This document shows, one piece after another, positions 23,758 to 37,200 of a stretch of 64,000 nucleotides of DNA (its first letter is position 1; the number at the start of each line of letters is the position of its first letter). The stretch is from assembly GCF_018350175.1 (NCBI RefSeq), contig NC_058368.1:213592001-213656000 (forward strand), given 5' to 3'. Under the pieces are notes generated by a model. It did not search any database, was not told where the DNA came from, and saw nothing but the letters and a program-made list of their open reading frames with translations. The DNA comes from Felis catus. Taxonomy: Eukaryota. The translations under genes and the position numbers were made by a program.

Positions 23758-26134
23758 AAAAACCTCGTGGAGATGGAGTCAGCCATTCTAGTGTGGGGTC
23801 TTTCTCTCATCTGCTGTCCTAATTACTGACTTGAGATAATAACCTTGAGGAGGTTAAGCAATTATAGGACCCAAGTCTCAGGTTCCTCTTCTATAAAGTG
23901 GACACAGGAATAGGGCCTGCACCTCTTAGGTTTCCAGGTTTAGTGTTGATGAATGTATGTTGCTTAGCAATGCCACACACATGGAATCGATGGACTTTGT
24001 TTTCACCACGTATCAGGTCTGCAAAGCCATCAACTTGTAGGATGGGTTTTTGCACGTCCAGAATGAGGGGAGAGAGTAGACTAAACACTCTCGAATATAA
24101 GGAAATGGGACGAGATAAGCCAGCTCATAATTATTAAAAATACACTCCTGAGAGAATAACCCTAATTTATAGAGCAAGTCAAATCCAATCGTAATGGCAA
24201 ATATTAGATGTGGGTCTTAAAACTCTTTGACCACACAGGGGCAGAGTGATGGAGAACCTTCAGTTAAACGTCAACTGGCTGATTAGAAATCCCAGTCCCA
24301 AACCACAGCCAGAAGGAAAAAAACCAAAACAGAACAAAGAAAACAAAACAAAACGAAACAAAAAACAAAAAACCATAGCCAGAGGGCTACCTTTCTATCT
24401 CTGTGTCTGAGGTTATAGGAGCTCCTATTTACTTGACTTGGCTGTGGGGACACTTACATCCATCCCCCAGGCAATCACAAAGAATGTGCTCTGGCCCAGG
24501 CCCACCACTCCAGGGAACAATAACCATTTCATACATTGGTATTTAGCTACAGGGTTACGAAAGCCCTATAGCCAATCAAAATAGGGTTTCTGCAGATCAA
24601 GTTCTGATCTCTGCCAATGAGAATACTGGCTAAAGCCGCTGTGGAAAAGCAAAAAAGAAAAAACATTCTGTTCATAGAATTTCAAACATGTTTGCTTCCT
24701 ACGCATTCATAAGCATGGTAACTAACACAGGGTGAAACGCACTGTATAGGGGAATGTTGGACACAGGCAATTTGTGTGTTGCAAAATTTGGATGCATCCT
24801 AAAAGATGTAAATAATAATAGAACAATCTGTGTCATCAAATTGGCCAAAGCAGGACTAACCTCCATGGACTTTAGTACAAATCATAAATAAAAATGCCCA
24901 CATTACTCTGGTCTTTCAAAGTCAGGTGTTGCTAGAGAAAGCGTGAGTCGTCTCAGAAGCCCACCTTTGGTGGAGTCAACGTCAGATCCAGGGATTGAAT
25001 CACACCCAGATCAGCTTGGTCACTGAAAGCACCCTTGTTTTCATCTCAGAAAAGAATCAAGATTTACTGTATTTAACAAAGATGCTGAAGATAAAGAGAA
25101 GTGCTATGCAGAAAAACATTTAAAATCTGCTTTGAGAAGAAAGAAAATCCCGGATCCTCGCAGATCTCTGAAGCTCTGAATGTTGGAGAGGCTGGAAGAG
25201 AAGGAGCCAACAAATAAAATGCAAGCATGAGAGCAACCAGGTTTGCCTCTTGCTAAAATTGATCTGGTGATTCCTCACGCTGCGTACTCTTCCATCCCCC
25301 ACTAAGAAGAGACTTAGAAGAAAGCTCTCAGAATGACTACAGATGCTCTTAACTCCAGCCTTTGCGCTCTAAAACAGAGCGCATGACAACTTGTTGGTCA
25401 TACTTGAGGAGAAATGTCAATTCTTAATACCTATCTGAGCACTCCAGCACCAACAGGACTTAGAATATAAAAAAATGGCTGGCCACCCCCAGCGGAATAA
25501 TCATGTCAATGTCATAGTCCAAGTAGTACTACCTTCAGTACTGTGATGAAGTGCCCACCTTCATCACCGCACAGGGCCACATTTCTACGGTGGGCAGGCA
25601 GCAACAGCAGGGTATACAACAGCAGATATTTAAGACACCGGGTTAGCTATTTTCCACCAAATTTCAAAATCAGCGGAGGCCCTTCAACCACTCGGGGCCC
25701 AGAAACCTTACAGCAAGCAATGCCATTCAGGGTTTCCAGACTGTCTGTTTTCTTCTGAGGGTCAGATAAAGAGAACAGTGCTTTAGACCAAAATTCTAGG
25801 AAGTCAAGATGGGTGATGGGGACACTGAGAAGGAAAGGAGCTATTCGTGTGGGAACAAGAAAAAAGGCCAGTGTGGGAGGCATGGGCCAGATAGCACTTC
25901 CAGTGAATAGAGGAGGGGCCCAGAGACCTGCATTATGATACTAGCACGGTCTTACCAGAAGTGATAGGATTACAGTGAACACAGCAAAGTGTTTTAAAGC
26001 AAGTTATAAAGGAGAAAAGGCCAACATTCTGATAAAGTACTACTAAGGCTAAACTAACACCAATCCTATGCTACACATCTGAAAGATTTCGAAATACCTG
26101 AAGATAAAAAATTCAGTAAGGATATCTCATAATA

Positions 26135-26330
26135 ATAGTTAACGTTTATTAAAAACTTCAACTAGGCCAGGTATTTGCAATAACTCATTAGTGCCTCACG
26201 ATCCACCACGAATAGATAATACTGTTACCTCCAATTTAAAGAAATCTGAGGCACAGCTTCCAACATCATTTGGATGTGATAATGCAAGAAACTGGGCAGT
26301 CTGGCATGAGAACTCAACAGTCTGAAAAGC
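26135..26330 (-). mobile_element. MIR fragment
   Basis: aacgtttatt…ggccaggta…ctgttacctccaattt…tctgaggcacag. Confidence 0.65.
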
Positions 26331-27429
26331 TGCATTTACATTAAAATGTTGTAAGAATTGAATTTGAGGCCATAGCTGGTCACCACTCGAAACTGGTGGC
26401 CCACTCTATGTTTTCACCTTTATGTCCCTTGACATACAGCCCGAATTCAGAGTCAAGGTCCTTTGTATTCACTATGCTCAGGGGTGGACAATGTAATTAT
26501 GAAATTTATTATTCAGAATGGTAGTAAAGACCTGTAATCAGTTTTTTATCTTTAATTATCAAGGCCAATCTCCAAACAGTTAGAATAGGAAATGCTGCAA
26601 CATTGGTAACAAAAATCCAAATTCAAAGATCCATAGCATTCCTTTATACCAGCAGCATCGAGAATATAGGAAGAAAAAAAATCAGCTTCCATACTAATAC
26701 AAACTAGAAAGAAATATAAATCTGAAAGCAACTGATGTTGCTTTGTAAGGAATTATAAAACTTTATTGAAGGATATAAAAGATGATTTGGATTAATGGAT
26801 AAACCTTGTCTACAGAGAAAGACAACATTTTAAAGATGTGTTTCCCAATTAATAATTTCAGCGAAAGATGTCAACAAGAATTTTTAGGAAACTTGAAAAA
26901 TATTTTATCATTTATATGGGAGAGTACAGAACTGAGAATAACTATGACAATTCTGAAAAAGTACAAAGAGGGTGGATTACCGGAAAACACATTAGAAATT
27001 AAAACAATGTAATTAAAACAATGTATATCGACTTAGGTAGGAATAGACAAAGTATCGAACGGAAGACAGAAGCTGACACTGACCTACCTATAGTTATTTT
27101 TAGGGACTATATATGTGGGGTGAGAGCACTAATCACTGCTAGATTTGCAATCCATTTGAAATTTATTTTTAACCCACTTAAATCTGTCTTTCTCCTTAGA
27201 CTGAGGTGAAGATCGAATTGTACATTTTCCACATGAAAGTGTAAAAACACCCACCTAAATATGAAAAATTACTGAATGAAAAACATAGGAGAGGTAGAGT
27301 ATGTTCTTAAAACAGAAAAGGCAGTTAAAATGAATGGTTCTATTACCATGGCCAGATCTCAAAAAAATATAAAAAGTAGAAAAAGCAAGATGTAACAGGA
27401 TGCCATTTACGTCAATTAAAATACACGTT

Positions 27430-27648
27430 GGGGCTCTCAGTGGCTCACTCGGTTAAGTGGCCAACTTCAGCTCAGGTCATGATCTCGCGGTCCGTGAGTT
27501 CAAGCCCCGCATCGGGCTCTGTGCTGACAGCTCAGAGCCTGGAGCCTGCTTCTGTTTCTGTGTCTCCCTCTCTCTCTGACCCTCCCCCGTTCATGCTCTG
27601 TCTCTCTCTGCCTTTCAAAAATGAATAAATGTTTAAAAAAAATTTTAA
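27430..27648 (+). mobile_element. Can-SINE (SINEC_Fc)
   Basis: Full body; TSD aaaatacacgtt. Confidence 0.95.
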
Positions 27649-27662
27649 AAAATACACGTTAA

Positions 27663-27843
27663 GGGGCACATGGGGGCTTACTCGGTTGAGTGTCCAATTG
27701 TTGATTTTGGCTCAGGTCATGATCTGACCATCCATGAGACTGGACTGAGCTGTGCCAGGCTTGGTGCTGACAGCGGGAAGCCTGCTCGGGATTCTCTCTC
27801 TCTCCTTTTCTCTCTCAAAATAAATGAATTTTTTTTTTTTTAA
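27663..27843 (+). mobile_element. Older Can-SINE
   Basis: Diverged head ggggcacatggggg…ggctcaggtcatgatct…gattctctctc…aaaataaat. Confidence 0.88.
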
Positions 27844-28261
27844 ACCACACACATTAAGATGCATATGTGTAAATTAGAGCACTTGAATATCTAAAACTTA
27901 GGCTCGAAGGATATGTATTAAACTGGAAGAAAATATGGGGAAAGGCTACAGGAACTTTACTTATGACTTTTGGCTTTGTTTAAACAAAGCCCTTAAAGCA
28001 AATATGGAAAAATACTAATAGCTGTTAAATCTGAGTGGCAGGAATATGGATGGATGTTTGCTAGATTATTTTTTGCATGTTCTATATCTTTTACGTTTTT
28101 TTAAGAAAGGATTCTCAAAACTCAAATGTTAAATTTAGATTTTCTTCATAAACTTCCCTATCAACCCACAGAGTATTTTCTTGATTATCTATAATCTTAT
28201 TCTTAACTTCAAAATACAGTACATAAATAGGGGATACATAAATGCAGTTATCGATCCCAAC

Positions 28262-28643
28262 TGTGATGATTAATTTGTGTGTCAACTTGGCTAAACTATG
28301 GTACCCAGATGTTTGGTCAAACACCAGTCTAGATGATGCTGTGAAGGTATTTTTTATATGTGATCAACATTTCAATCAGTAAACTTTTTTCATGAAACAG
28401 ATTACTCTCCATAAGGAGGGTGGGCCTCATCCAATTGAGGTTTCCCAAAGGAGAAAGGATTATTCTCAAGATTGCAACATAGAAACCCTGCCTGAATTTC
28501 CAGCATGCTGGCTTGCCCTACAGATTTCAAACTTGCCAGCCCCTACAATCTCATGAGCCAATTTCTTAAAATAACACCCCCCCCCCCCATACACATATAT
28601 CTCTCCTTCCCATTCTGTTTCTCTGGAGAACCTTGACTAATAC
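28262..28643 (+). mobile_element. ERVL solo LTR, MLT2D-like
   Basis: Starts tgtgatgattaatttgtgtgtcaacttggcta…tttggtcaaacaccagtctagatg; ends tctgtttctctggagaaccttgactaatac. Confidence 0.9.
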
Positions 28644-29412
28644 CCAACATTGCAAGTTTGGGGGCAACCTTGCTTTTTCAGCAACTGAAATGGTCCCCAA
28701 TTTCTGTAACATTTTTTAAAGGGGAAAAAAGCATGCTTTGGGGGAGGGATGGAACTATGATAACACCAGTTAACAGCAACATATTGAAATTAAATACATC
28801 TTGTGTTTACTTTCTAGGAAAATGTATCTCAAGAGAAGACAAAGTTCTTTGTAAGGTGGCTTCTTGTTGGAAATGTTGTTTTTTCTGAGTGGAAATTTCC
28901 CTATTGGCCTGTGATTGCTTGTTGGCCTGAGGCTCTGTGGGGAGGACCCACATCCATACTCTCATGTGGTGGATGAAAAAGGGCCAGAGGAGTGAGGTCT
29001 GTTCTTCCTGTGCCTGTGATTTTTCCTGAGGCGAACTCTCCTTGTTTGTTTCACCAAAACCACAAGTTGACAGCCTGCCCAAGACTGACTGTGCTCTATA
29101 GACTACTTCTCCACGGACGGGCTCTCAGCTCTGCTCACAAGGTCATCTATAGTGTTAAGTGCTCTAGCTTTCTACAAAAGTCCACACTCCTCTTCATCTG
29201 CTCAATGCACCTCCAAATGCCACATGTCTAGACAGAAGGACCCTTAAGTAGAAGTTATACCCCTTTCCCAGTTTAGATCCCTTACTGATTTTAAAGAAGA
29301 TACTAAAATTTGAGCCATTTTAATATTTTGCATTTCTGTTCACTTTATTTTATGTTGGTTTGGCATTTGCAAACCAAGAGAGTTCAAGTAAAAACAAGAA
29401 TAAAGTTATTGA

Positions 29413-29613
29413 GGGGCGTCTGGGTGGCACAGTCAGTTAAGTGACTGGCTCCTGATGTGGGCTCAGGTCACGATCTCACGGTGAGTTCGAGCCCTATGTC
29501 GGGCTCTCTGTTGACAGCTTGGAGTCTGCTTAGGATTCTCTCTCCCCCCTTTATCTCTGCCCCTCCCCTGCTCATGTTCTGTCTCTCTCAAAATAAATGA
29601 ACTTAAAAAAAAA
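29413..29613 (+). mobile_element. Can-SINE
   Basis: Full body; TSD aagttattga. Confidence 0.94.
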
Positions 29614-31201
29614 TCAAGTTATTGAAACAATGATTCAAGAGGACAAAACAATATATTACAAATATACTTCTTGACATCAGTTAGCATTTCCTATAGAGTT
29701 ACAGGTGAGCAAGACATCTCAGCTAAATAAGGTGACTCAAACATAAGTGGTCCCCTACTGTCCCAATCAGAAGTTAGTTTAAAAAAATGGGGGGGGGGGA
29801 TTTGTTAGATAAATGTAAGTGACGTAAATGAAAAAATCTCTATCATTAGATGTAAACATTCCAAGATATTAAAAATGTAACATTTAAAATATTTACCTTA
29901 AGCTATTTCATGATGTGTAATGCACATAATTGTATACGCATAAATATATATGTAAATATTACATGATCATACAAGTCAGTGCTAATTTAGAAATATTTCT
30001 GGTTTCCTTACACTTTAGAAAAACATTTATTCAAAGTCTTCAATGGCACTGGCACTTTTACACCTTCCTATGAGCATGACTACATTTTGAGTCTCTTCCA
30101 CTATCCCCTTCGTGTGATGTGATCTGGAGAAGGTTCTTAACTTGTTCCATTTTTAAATGATCTTTAAAAGTCTTGTTTACAAAGAAATCCAACACTTGTT
30201 ATTGTGAGGTCAGATGCCCAAAAATATTACTAGATTTTTTTAAACTTTTTTTTTTTAAATATGACTTCCTCTGTTGACCTGTATAAGCATCTAAAACCAG
30301 CACTGGCAAAGGTCATTTCAGGCTGTGTGTTCCCTCAACAATATTTTGATGTTCAAAATATAATAACTGTGAGATCTTCCCATAGCATGAGACGGTTTGT
30401 GGGCTTAAATTTAACGTAGCTCCCTCATTTCTGATCATAACTCTTTGAGGGGCAAAGGAACCATGTCTTCCATTTGGGCATATGAGGCAAATCGTGTAAC
30501 TTCATTTTCTGTATTTCCTCACATCTGCCTTTGCTCCTCAGCAGCCAGCCATGGCAACACAGTACAGAATCCTAAGTGGACTTTCTCAGGGCAGAACTGG
30601 GGGATTCCAGGGTAATCCAAAATGCTAGGTCTAGAGGATCCAGAATCAGATGCCTCTCCCACAGGCAGATGGGCGCTGACACACAAGCAAGCCTAGGAGG
30701 GCTCCGCTTTCTGTCTTTTCTTTCTTCTTTTAAAAATGGTTTATGCAGTTGTGATGTGATAATTTTCAGGGTGACAGGAGACTAGCTACAATGGGGAGAC
30801 TCCTGGGCAGCTGTGTGGCCCTGAGTCCCCCCAGATCCCATCACTGCCCTCCAAAGGGGGTGAGACCCGCCCTCTCTCTGTCCTCAGATGCTCCAGCAGC
30901 AAGACTCTGAGCTCAGTTCTAGCACTGCTAAAGGGCCTTACCAAAGGCAAAGAAAGCCAGAGATGGCTATATGTAAGCAAAGGGGAGAACTTTCTGGACC
31001 ATTCTAGAGAAGGGCCTGAATACCTCGAGAGCTTCACTGAGCCCCTGCCTAGGACCTATTTCAGTGACCAAAGCGGAAAAGAACAATGGACAACACTCCA
31101 AGCTGTAAAGATGCTAACTGCGGCCCTTAAATTTCAGTTGGAGGGATGGGAGGAGGAGAAAAGAGGATAATGATGACGAATATACACAACAGTGTGATTA
31201 T

Positions 31202-31438
31202 TGTGAGTATAAGAAATAATATTCAGTCTTTGTTCCCTGTTCCTGGCATAGAGCTTCTAAAACCCTTGTAATTCCTTATATAAGAGCCCCAGGGGCATTT
31301 TTCCTCAGAGTATTTAGTTCCTGAAATAGCTCCAGAGCAATAAAGGTGAACTAGGTGTCTTTTGTTATTCATAACAAGCCCCTTTCAATCACATCTGAGT
31401 TTAGGATAATGTGGTGACTTCTGGAAAGTCCTTAAGGA

Positions 31439-31477
<39 letters not shown>

Positions 31478-32017
31478 CTGGTTGCCAGGGGACCCAGACT
31501 CAGATTAGAGGGTAGGGACCTTCAATCCCACCTCTCCTCCAGGGAGGGGAGAGGGGCTGGAGATTTTCAACCACCAACGATTTAATCAAGCATGTCTATG
31601 TAACAAAGCCTCCACAAAAAAACAAGAGGATGGGGTTCAGAGAGCTTCTGAGCCCCTTCCCCCATGTATCTTCCATCTGACTGCTCCTGGGTTTTATCCT
31701 TTTGTAATAAGCCAGTAATCTAATCGTAAACTGTTTCCCTGAGTTTTGTGAGCTGCTCTAGCAAATTCATCAAACCCAATTAATTAACACTAATGACTAA
31801 CGGGAGGGGTCATGGGAACCTATTTATAGCCAGCTGGTCAGACTTTGGACCCTCAGTTGGCATCTGGACTATTGTGGGGAGGGGAGGGGTACGATCTCGT
31901 GGGACTGAGCCCTTAAAATGTGGAGTCTGACACTCTCTCCAGGTAGACAGTGTCTGAACTCAGTTGAATTGGAGGACACCCAGCTAGGGTCCCAGAATTG
32001 TTTGGTTTGAGGAAACC

Positions 32018-32060
<43 letters not shown>

Positions 32061-32130
32061 TTGGTGACCAGAAGTGAAGTAGTATTCAGAGAGTATTGTG
32101 TGTAACATCAATGAAAACAATAAATAGAGT
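31202..32130 (+). mobile_element. Solo LTR, MER21-like, containing a G38 run and (CA)n
   Basis: tgtgagtataagaaat…ttcctggcatagagcttctaaaaccctt…tgtcttttgttattcataa…gattagagggt…ccagggaggggagaggggctggagatt…gggactgagccctta…ttggtgaccagaagt. Confidence 0.85.
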
Positions 32131-32509
32131 TTTTCTTTACAACAGGGACAGTGAGTCATGAAAGAGAGGAAAACCTGAGCGGTAGAAACTGAGGAAGTGT
32201 TGCTGGAATTTGGCTGGATTCAGAAAGCTACCTCCAGGGCAGCTGACCAAGTCTACATCCTGGCCGTAGACTTGAGTGGGTTATATCCTCAAGTAACACA
32301 CAGACCGCACACTTTTGGAAGCTTGACAGTTATAACACGAGAGATGGGGGATTTGTCTTGTTCTCCTTGGGATTTTCTCCATTAAGAAAATGGACCTTTC
32401 ACCTAGGCCTCATGTGAGGACTAAGGAAACGGCTCAGGGAAGTTAACAGCTGACAGACAAAAGCATGCCCAGAAAACAGGAGCCGCAAAACCCAGCTCCA
32501 GGGGCCCAG

Positions 32510-32860
32510 GAGCTCAATTTCATTAAAGGGTTATGTGCCTGACACAGTGATGAACACTCTACGTGCAATACCTCAGCTGTCACCACTAACTAGAGGGAGT
32601 GGCACACCTTATTCCCACTTTACAGTTGAGAAAACCAACGCAGAGAAGCTAGTTAACTCTCCCCAGCGTCATTCAGCGCAAAAGTGGGCCAGCTGGGTTT
32701 GGAACATCACTATGTCACTGACAAGGTTTATTTGGGGAGACAGAGTTAAAAATGTGATAGATCACTTTATACTAGCTACATGATTCTGAGTAGGTCACAG
32801 CCCTACTGAGCCTTAGTTTCCAAATCTGCAAAATGGACTTAGCACTTATCTGGGCGTGAG
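32510..32860. mobile_element. Two MIR fragments (minus ~32510-32710, plus ~32760-32860)
   Basis: ttattcccactttacagttgagaaaac… and ctgagccttagtttccaaatctgcaaaatgg cores. Confidence 0.7.
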
Positions 32861-34344
32861 ATTCTTTAAAGACCGGCTAATAGCAGAAGTCAGTAAAGAC
32901 ACTGTCCTGCCTTTTCCTCCCTTAATCTTGAACCCAAGGCTTACAGGTGAAGGCAAACAACTTATCAGCTTCACACACCCATCTTCCCCACCTCCCTGCT
33001 GACCTGCATATGTGAAAGAAGGTAAGGTAGGGAGGACGGGACATTAATTACATTCATCTTATCACACACAGGTGATGCCAATCTTGGCCAATCTGCTTTG
33101 TTTCTGTTAAGGCTTTTTCTTGTCCATCTTAAACCAGCTTTAAGGTGAGTATAACAGAGCCAAAGTTTTTGATTTTGTAGGAATACCTGTACTCTGGTCC
33201 TTGTGTTAAGTGGACTCATAAAGGGCCATCATCACAGGAACAGAGCCAAATAGCAAACCACAGAATGGTTCTGTGAGCAGCCGGGGCCTTACAGATCACA
33301 TCTTCTACAGATGAGGCCTGCGACTCTGGCTCTGGGAGCTGCCGAGCACATAACTCACTCCCAACCCAATCCCAACACCTCATACACTCACATAAAACGT
33401 TGCTCCAGAGTATATGGAGAAGGGAGAAGGGAGATATCCAAGAGTGGTGATGGGTTGGTCCAAATATTCCCCCAGCTGTCTACACGTGGGGCTGATGTTG
33501 GAGCCTGGGTTAGAATCCTTTGTCTGCATCCTATTAGGGCCTTTTTATGAAGCCCAGAGCATGACTATCTGGCTTGCATTTTTCATACAGAGGGAAGCAA
33601 TAAGGGACAAGAGAGAGGCTTTCTAAAGGACACCTTGTAGAGGTTCGTTTCACCAGAAAGCACCCAGGAGATGAGCAGGCAGTGTGACAGGAGGGAGATG
33701 GGGAAGGGAGCGGACGCTGGGAGGTGGGGCACCAAGTTCCAGTCATCCATACGACTTACTATCTGTGCTCCAGAGCAAGGCACAGACCCACTCAGCCTGA
33801 GCTGCACCTTAGAATGATAAATCCAGGTTAGGAAAGCTCTGATTCCTTCTAGCTTGGAAATTCTATTTCAGTTCCTAATGAAACCCCTTTATGACTCTTC
33901 ATGAACTCTGAGGAGACCATATGAAGGCATGCCTAGCATAATGTGTTGCCTATAAACCGGCACATGGCATTTTTGTTTACTGCATAAACGAATGAACCAA
34001 AGCTGGTAAGGATACAAACAAAGGTTAAAACAATCAATGGTCACAGATACACTCACATACGTACCACATACGTACACGTACTCCTATGTTCCTCTACTTC
34101 GAGTTGCCAATTGTTTGTGACCTCTGTATGTAAAAAGCGTACTAGGCGTTGCAGGAAGAAAGAGGAATAATTCACGCCCCTGCCTCACTCCCCAGGACTA
34201 GTGATCAAACAGAAAAGACAAAACAGACACAAGGGTGAAAGGGCAACTCTCGGACAGGACAATTCAAATTCAGACCCACTCATGTAAATGTAACTGGCAT
34301 TTTAGAGCCTGAGAGGACAAGATTGTGTAGGAGAAAGAGAGGAC

Positions 34345-34780
34345 CATACACATCATGAGGTCACCCAGCAGGAATGAGAAAGCACACTCAAAAGGGTTGA
34401 ACAAGAGAGAATTTTATGTAGGGACTATTTAGAGAGATGTGGGCAGGATGAAGCACCCGGGGGCCAGCAGTAAACAAGCTGGGAAACCGTTATCACCTTT
34501 AGGTCTGAAGGGCAAACGGGAGGAAGCAGTGCAAACTGGAGCCTTGAAAGTGAGCTGCCCATCAAGAGCTGGAACAAATTAGCCATCACCAGAACCTCTG
34601 CAAGGCTGAGGGCTCTGTGACAAGGGGGATAAATACCCCAACACTGTCTCCTCCGGCCTTCTGATCCCCTGCCCGTGCCTCCCATTGGCTGAAGCCAACC
34701 AGACACAAGACAAGGGTGTCCAGATGTTGTCGTTTATAGCACTAAACCTCTTGGTGCACAGGAAGGCAGATGACGAATTG
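34345..34780 (-). mobile_element. ERVL LTR, LTR33-like
   Basis: cccagcaggaa…gcacactcaaa…gggactattta…gtgggcagg… and cctcccattggctgaagccaaccag…caaggg. Confidence 0.7.
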
Positions 34781-35899
34781 GAGGTAAGGGGTGCACAACA
34801 TGTGTGTGCACACACTTCTAAATTACACACACATGTATATACATTTGAAATATATTTGGAACAAGTGTATCTTTGACGTTTCAAAAAAATGACTTGTACA
34901 AAAAGGTTTCACCATAAGATTAATCTAAATTTAAACATCAAGGTCATCTGAGGTGTACCTCAGATATAATTTATATAAACAAACTTCTTCAACTGCAAAT
35001 AGCTTGTACATAATGCTCATATTGTTTGACACTCGGTGTATTGGTTTACACAGGGCCTAACAAGTGAAACTGTTAAGAAGATAGCCCATTAACCAGACAA
35101 AACTGTCTCATAAGTTTTCCTTAATCTTCTATCCCTACCAGCCCAATTTTCAAAGATAAAAAAACAAACTCCAAAGTTTGCACACACATTTTTCCATTTA
35201 TATTTTCTATCAGTTGGCAATTAAAACAAGAATCCCAGAGGTCAGCCAAAAGTCTTAAATAACAAATGAAGGAGTCAGATATATTATCTCAGGACTCAAA
35301 AGTGCAAAATGACATGTTATGAGAAACCACCTGGAAAACAGCACTTGGCAGGCGACATTTCAGGGATCTGCATTTCTTATAGCAATTCCCTGCCAACTAA
35401 CGTTTAACTTCTAACAGGGACCTTCAGAAAAGGTTCCAGAAGTATGAAAGCCTCTATAACACCATTTACTATTATGCGCAGTTCTGTTGATGGCAATGGG
35501 AATCTGGAACAGGATGAGGATTAGGATCGTTCCTAAGGGTGGCAGAAGATGGGAAAAGTAATGTGTGAGGGAGGGAGGAGAGTTAAAAAAAAAAAAATGT
35601 CTCCTGGTCATCTCCCAATTAGTGACCACATACCTGGGATTTCTCAGGACAGTCCCAGTCTCAGATATTCTAGCCCATGTTACTACTATGTCTAACCCTG
35701 GGGAAATAGTTATACAAATTATGGTCCTTTGACTCGATGGGCAAATACACTGCCATTAAAATTAATGAGTCTGTAATGACATGAAAAATCCTGGTGTTTA
35801 TTCATTCATGGTAATGTCTGAATCCCTATTGCACACTACAGATGGTGAAAGGGTGTTTGGGCTACAATGATGAATTATACATTGCACAAAGCATACATG

Positions 35900-36140
35900 T
35901 TATATAGCACGGAATGGCCTCCAGTACCAGACTGCCAACATTTGAATCTCTCTGCTTCAGCACCGAAAAGCTGGACAACCTTGAACAATCTCCCTAACTA
36001 AGGGGTGCCTCAAGTGATCTCTGTTGTAAACAGGATAATAATGGCATCTTCTTCATAAGATCATTTTTGAGGATTAGGTTACCGCATACATGTAAAGTTT
36101 ATTATAGTGCCAGGCAAGTAGTAAGTGTTCAATGAATCTT
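35900..36140 (+). mobile_element. MIR
   Basis: ccagactgcc…tttgaatc…accttgaacaa…gtgcctca…gataataatg…tgaggatta…tgtaaag…gtgccaggcaagtagtaagtgttcaat. Confidence 0.8.
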
Positions 36141-36879
36141 ATCTGTATTACAATATGAAGTTCATCCTTACAGTCTTCGTTTAGTAAAAGATACAAACAG
36201 GACAATGATGGTATAATGCTAAGTCCAATCAGGGGCTTCTCTTTAGGCTAACATCACACTGGGAATGGAAGACATTAGGAGGGCTTCCTACTCTTAAAAT
36301 AGAGACAGTGTGCCATTGCCACTTGAGTCAGATTGGGGAAAACAGGTACTGTCTACCTTCTCCTGCATTCAGTCTTCCTGACAACACTGAGCACTTTCAG
36401 AATTTATTTCTTCTCCAAAGCTTCCCAAAGTCTGGGATTCCCCAAAAGACAAAGGATGGAAGACAGAGGAAACAACACCAAGTGTGCAGGCAAGACTTGG
36501 CCAGCCTCCACAACCACAACAGTGAATGAAAACTAGTGTTTGGCTTCTCATGGGCTGCAATGTATGAGGTCTCGTCATTGCTTTGTCATTTTAAGAACAG
36601 TCTGCCCTTCTGTGACAGCCCCAGAATGTTCTCTCGCTGGGATCAGCTAACAATCTCCAAAGCAAGGAATCCTCTTTTCCCCACCAAATGTCTCCCCAGT
36701 TATTCCTTCTTTTGAACCTTGAAGAGAGTATAAAATTAATTTCATCTGCCCAGAAAATAGAATAGAGAGGAATCCTATTTGGAGCCAGAATGAGGAATCA
36801 GCTTAGAACTTCAGTAAGGTAAGCCCACCGTCTGCCTTAACACTCTTAGGAATGAGACCACACATAAAAAATGTCTGCC

Positions 36880-37200
36880 TGTATCAAAGTCTGGCAGCAA
36901 ACGATACCAAACCCTGATTCAAAGTGGCTTGAACAAGGAGGAAATTAATCATTCTCACAGGATGGGACCTGCAAGAGAGAGCCTAGTGCTTCTTGAGGAC
37001 ACTCTGGGATCTGCTGTCTCCTGTGTGTTGGCTTCCTCCTAAGAATGGAGACAAGATGCCTAAGAATGGAGCAACGTATCCAGGAAGCAAAGGGGTCATG
37101 TGTTTGTGGCCTTTTCTCAGTAACGAGCAAACCTTCCCTAGAAGCACCACAAGGGACATTCCCTCACACCCCATCACCCAGATTTGAATCACAGACTCTT
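36880..37200 (-). mobile_element. Old MaLR LTR fragment (MLT1-like)
   Basis: aaaccctgattcaaagtggcttgaacaaggaggaaatt… and ttccctagaagcacc… resemble antisense MLT1. Confidence 0.5.

Larger units (their letters stand above)
26600..28110 (+). mobile_element. Degraded old L1 (ORF2 and 3' end), interrupted by two SINEs
   Basis: atagcattcctttataccagc…attataaaactttattgaaggatataaaagatga…acaattctgaaaaag…aattaaaacaatg…gaatagacaa. ORF 26806-27012 has the L1-like ILSFIW…TILKK…GGL motif. Confidence 0.8.

Noticed and set aside
23891..24137. Overlapping ORFs with protein-like composition
   Set aside because: No recognisable homology and no convincing flanking splice sites.
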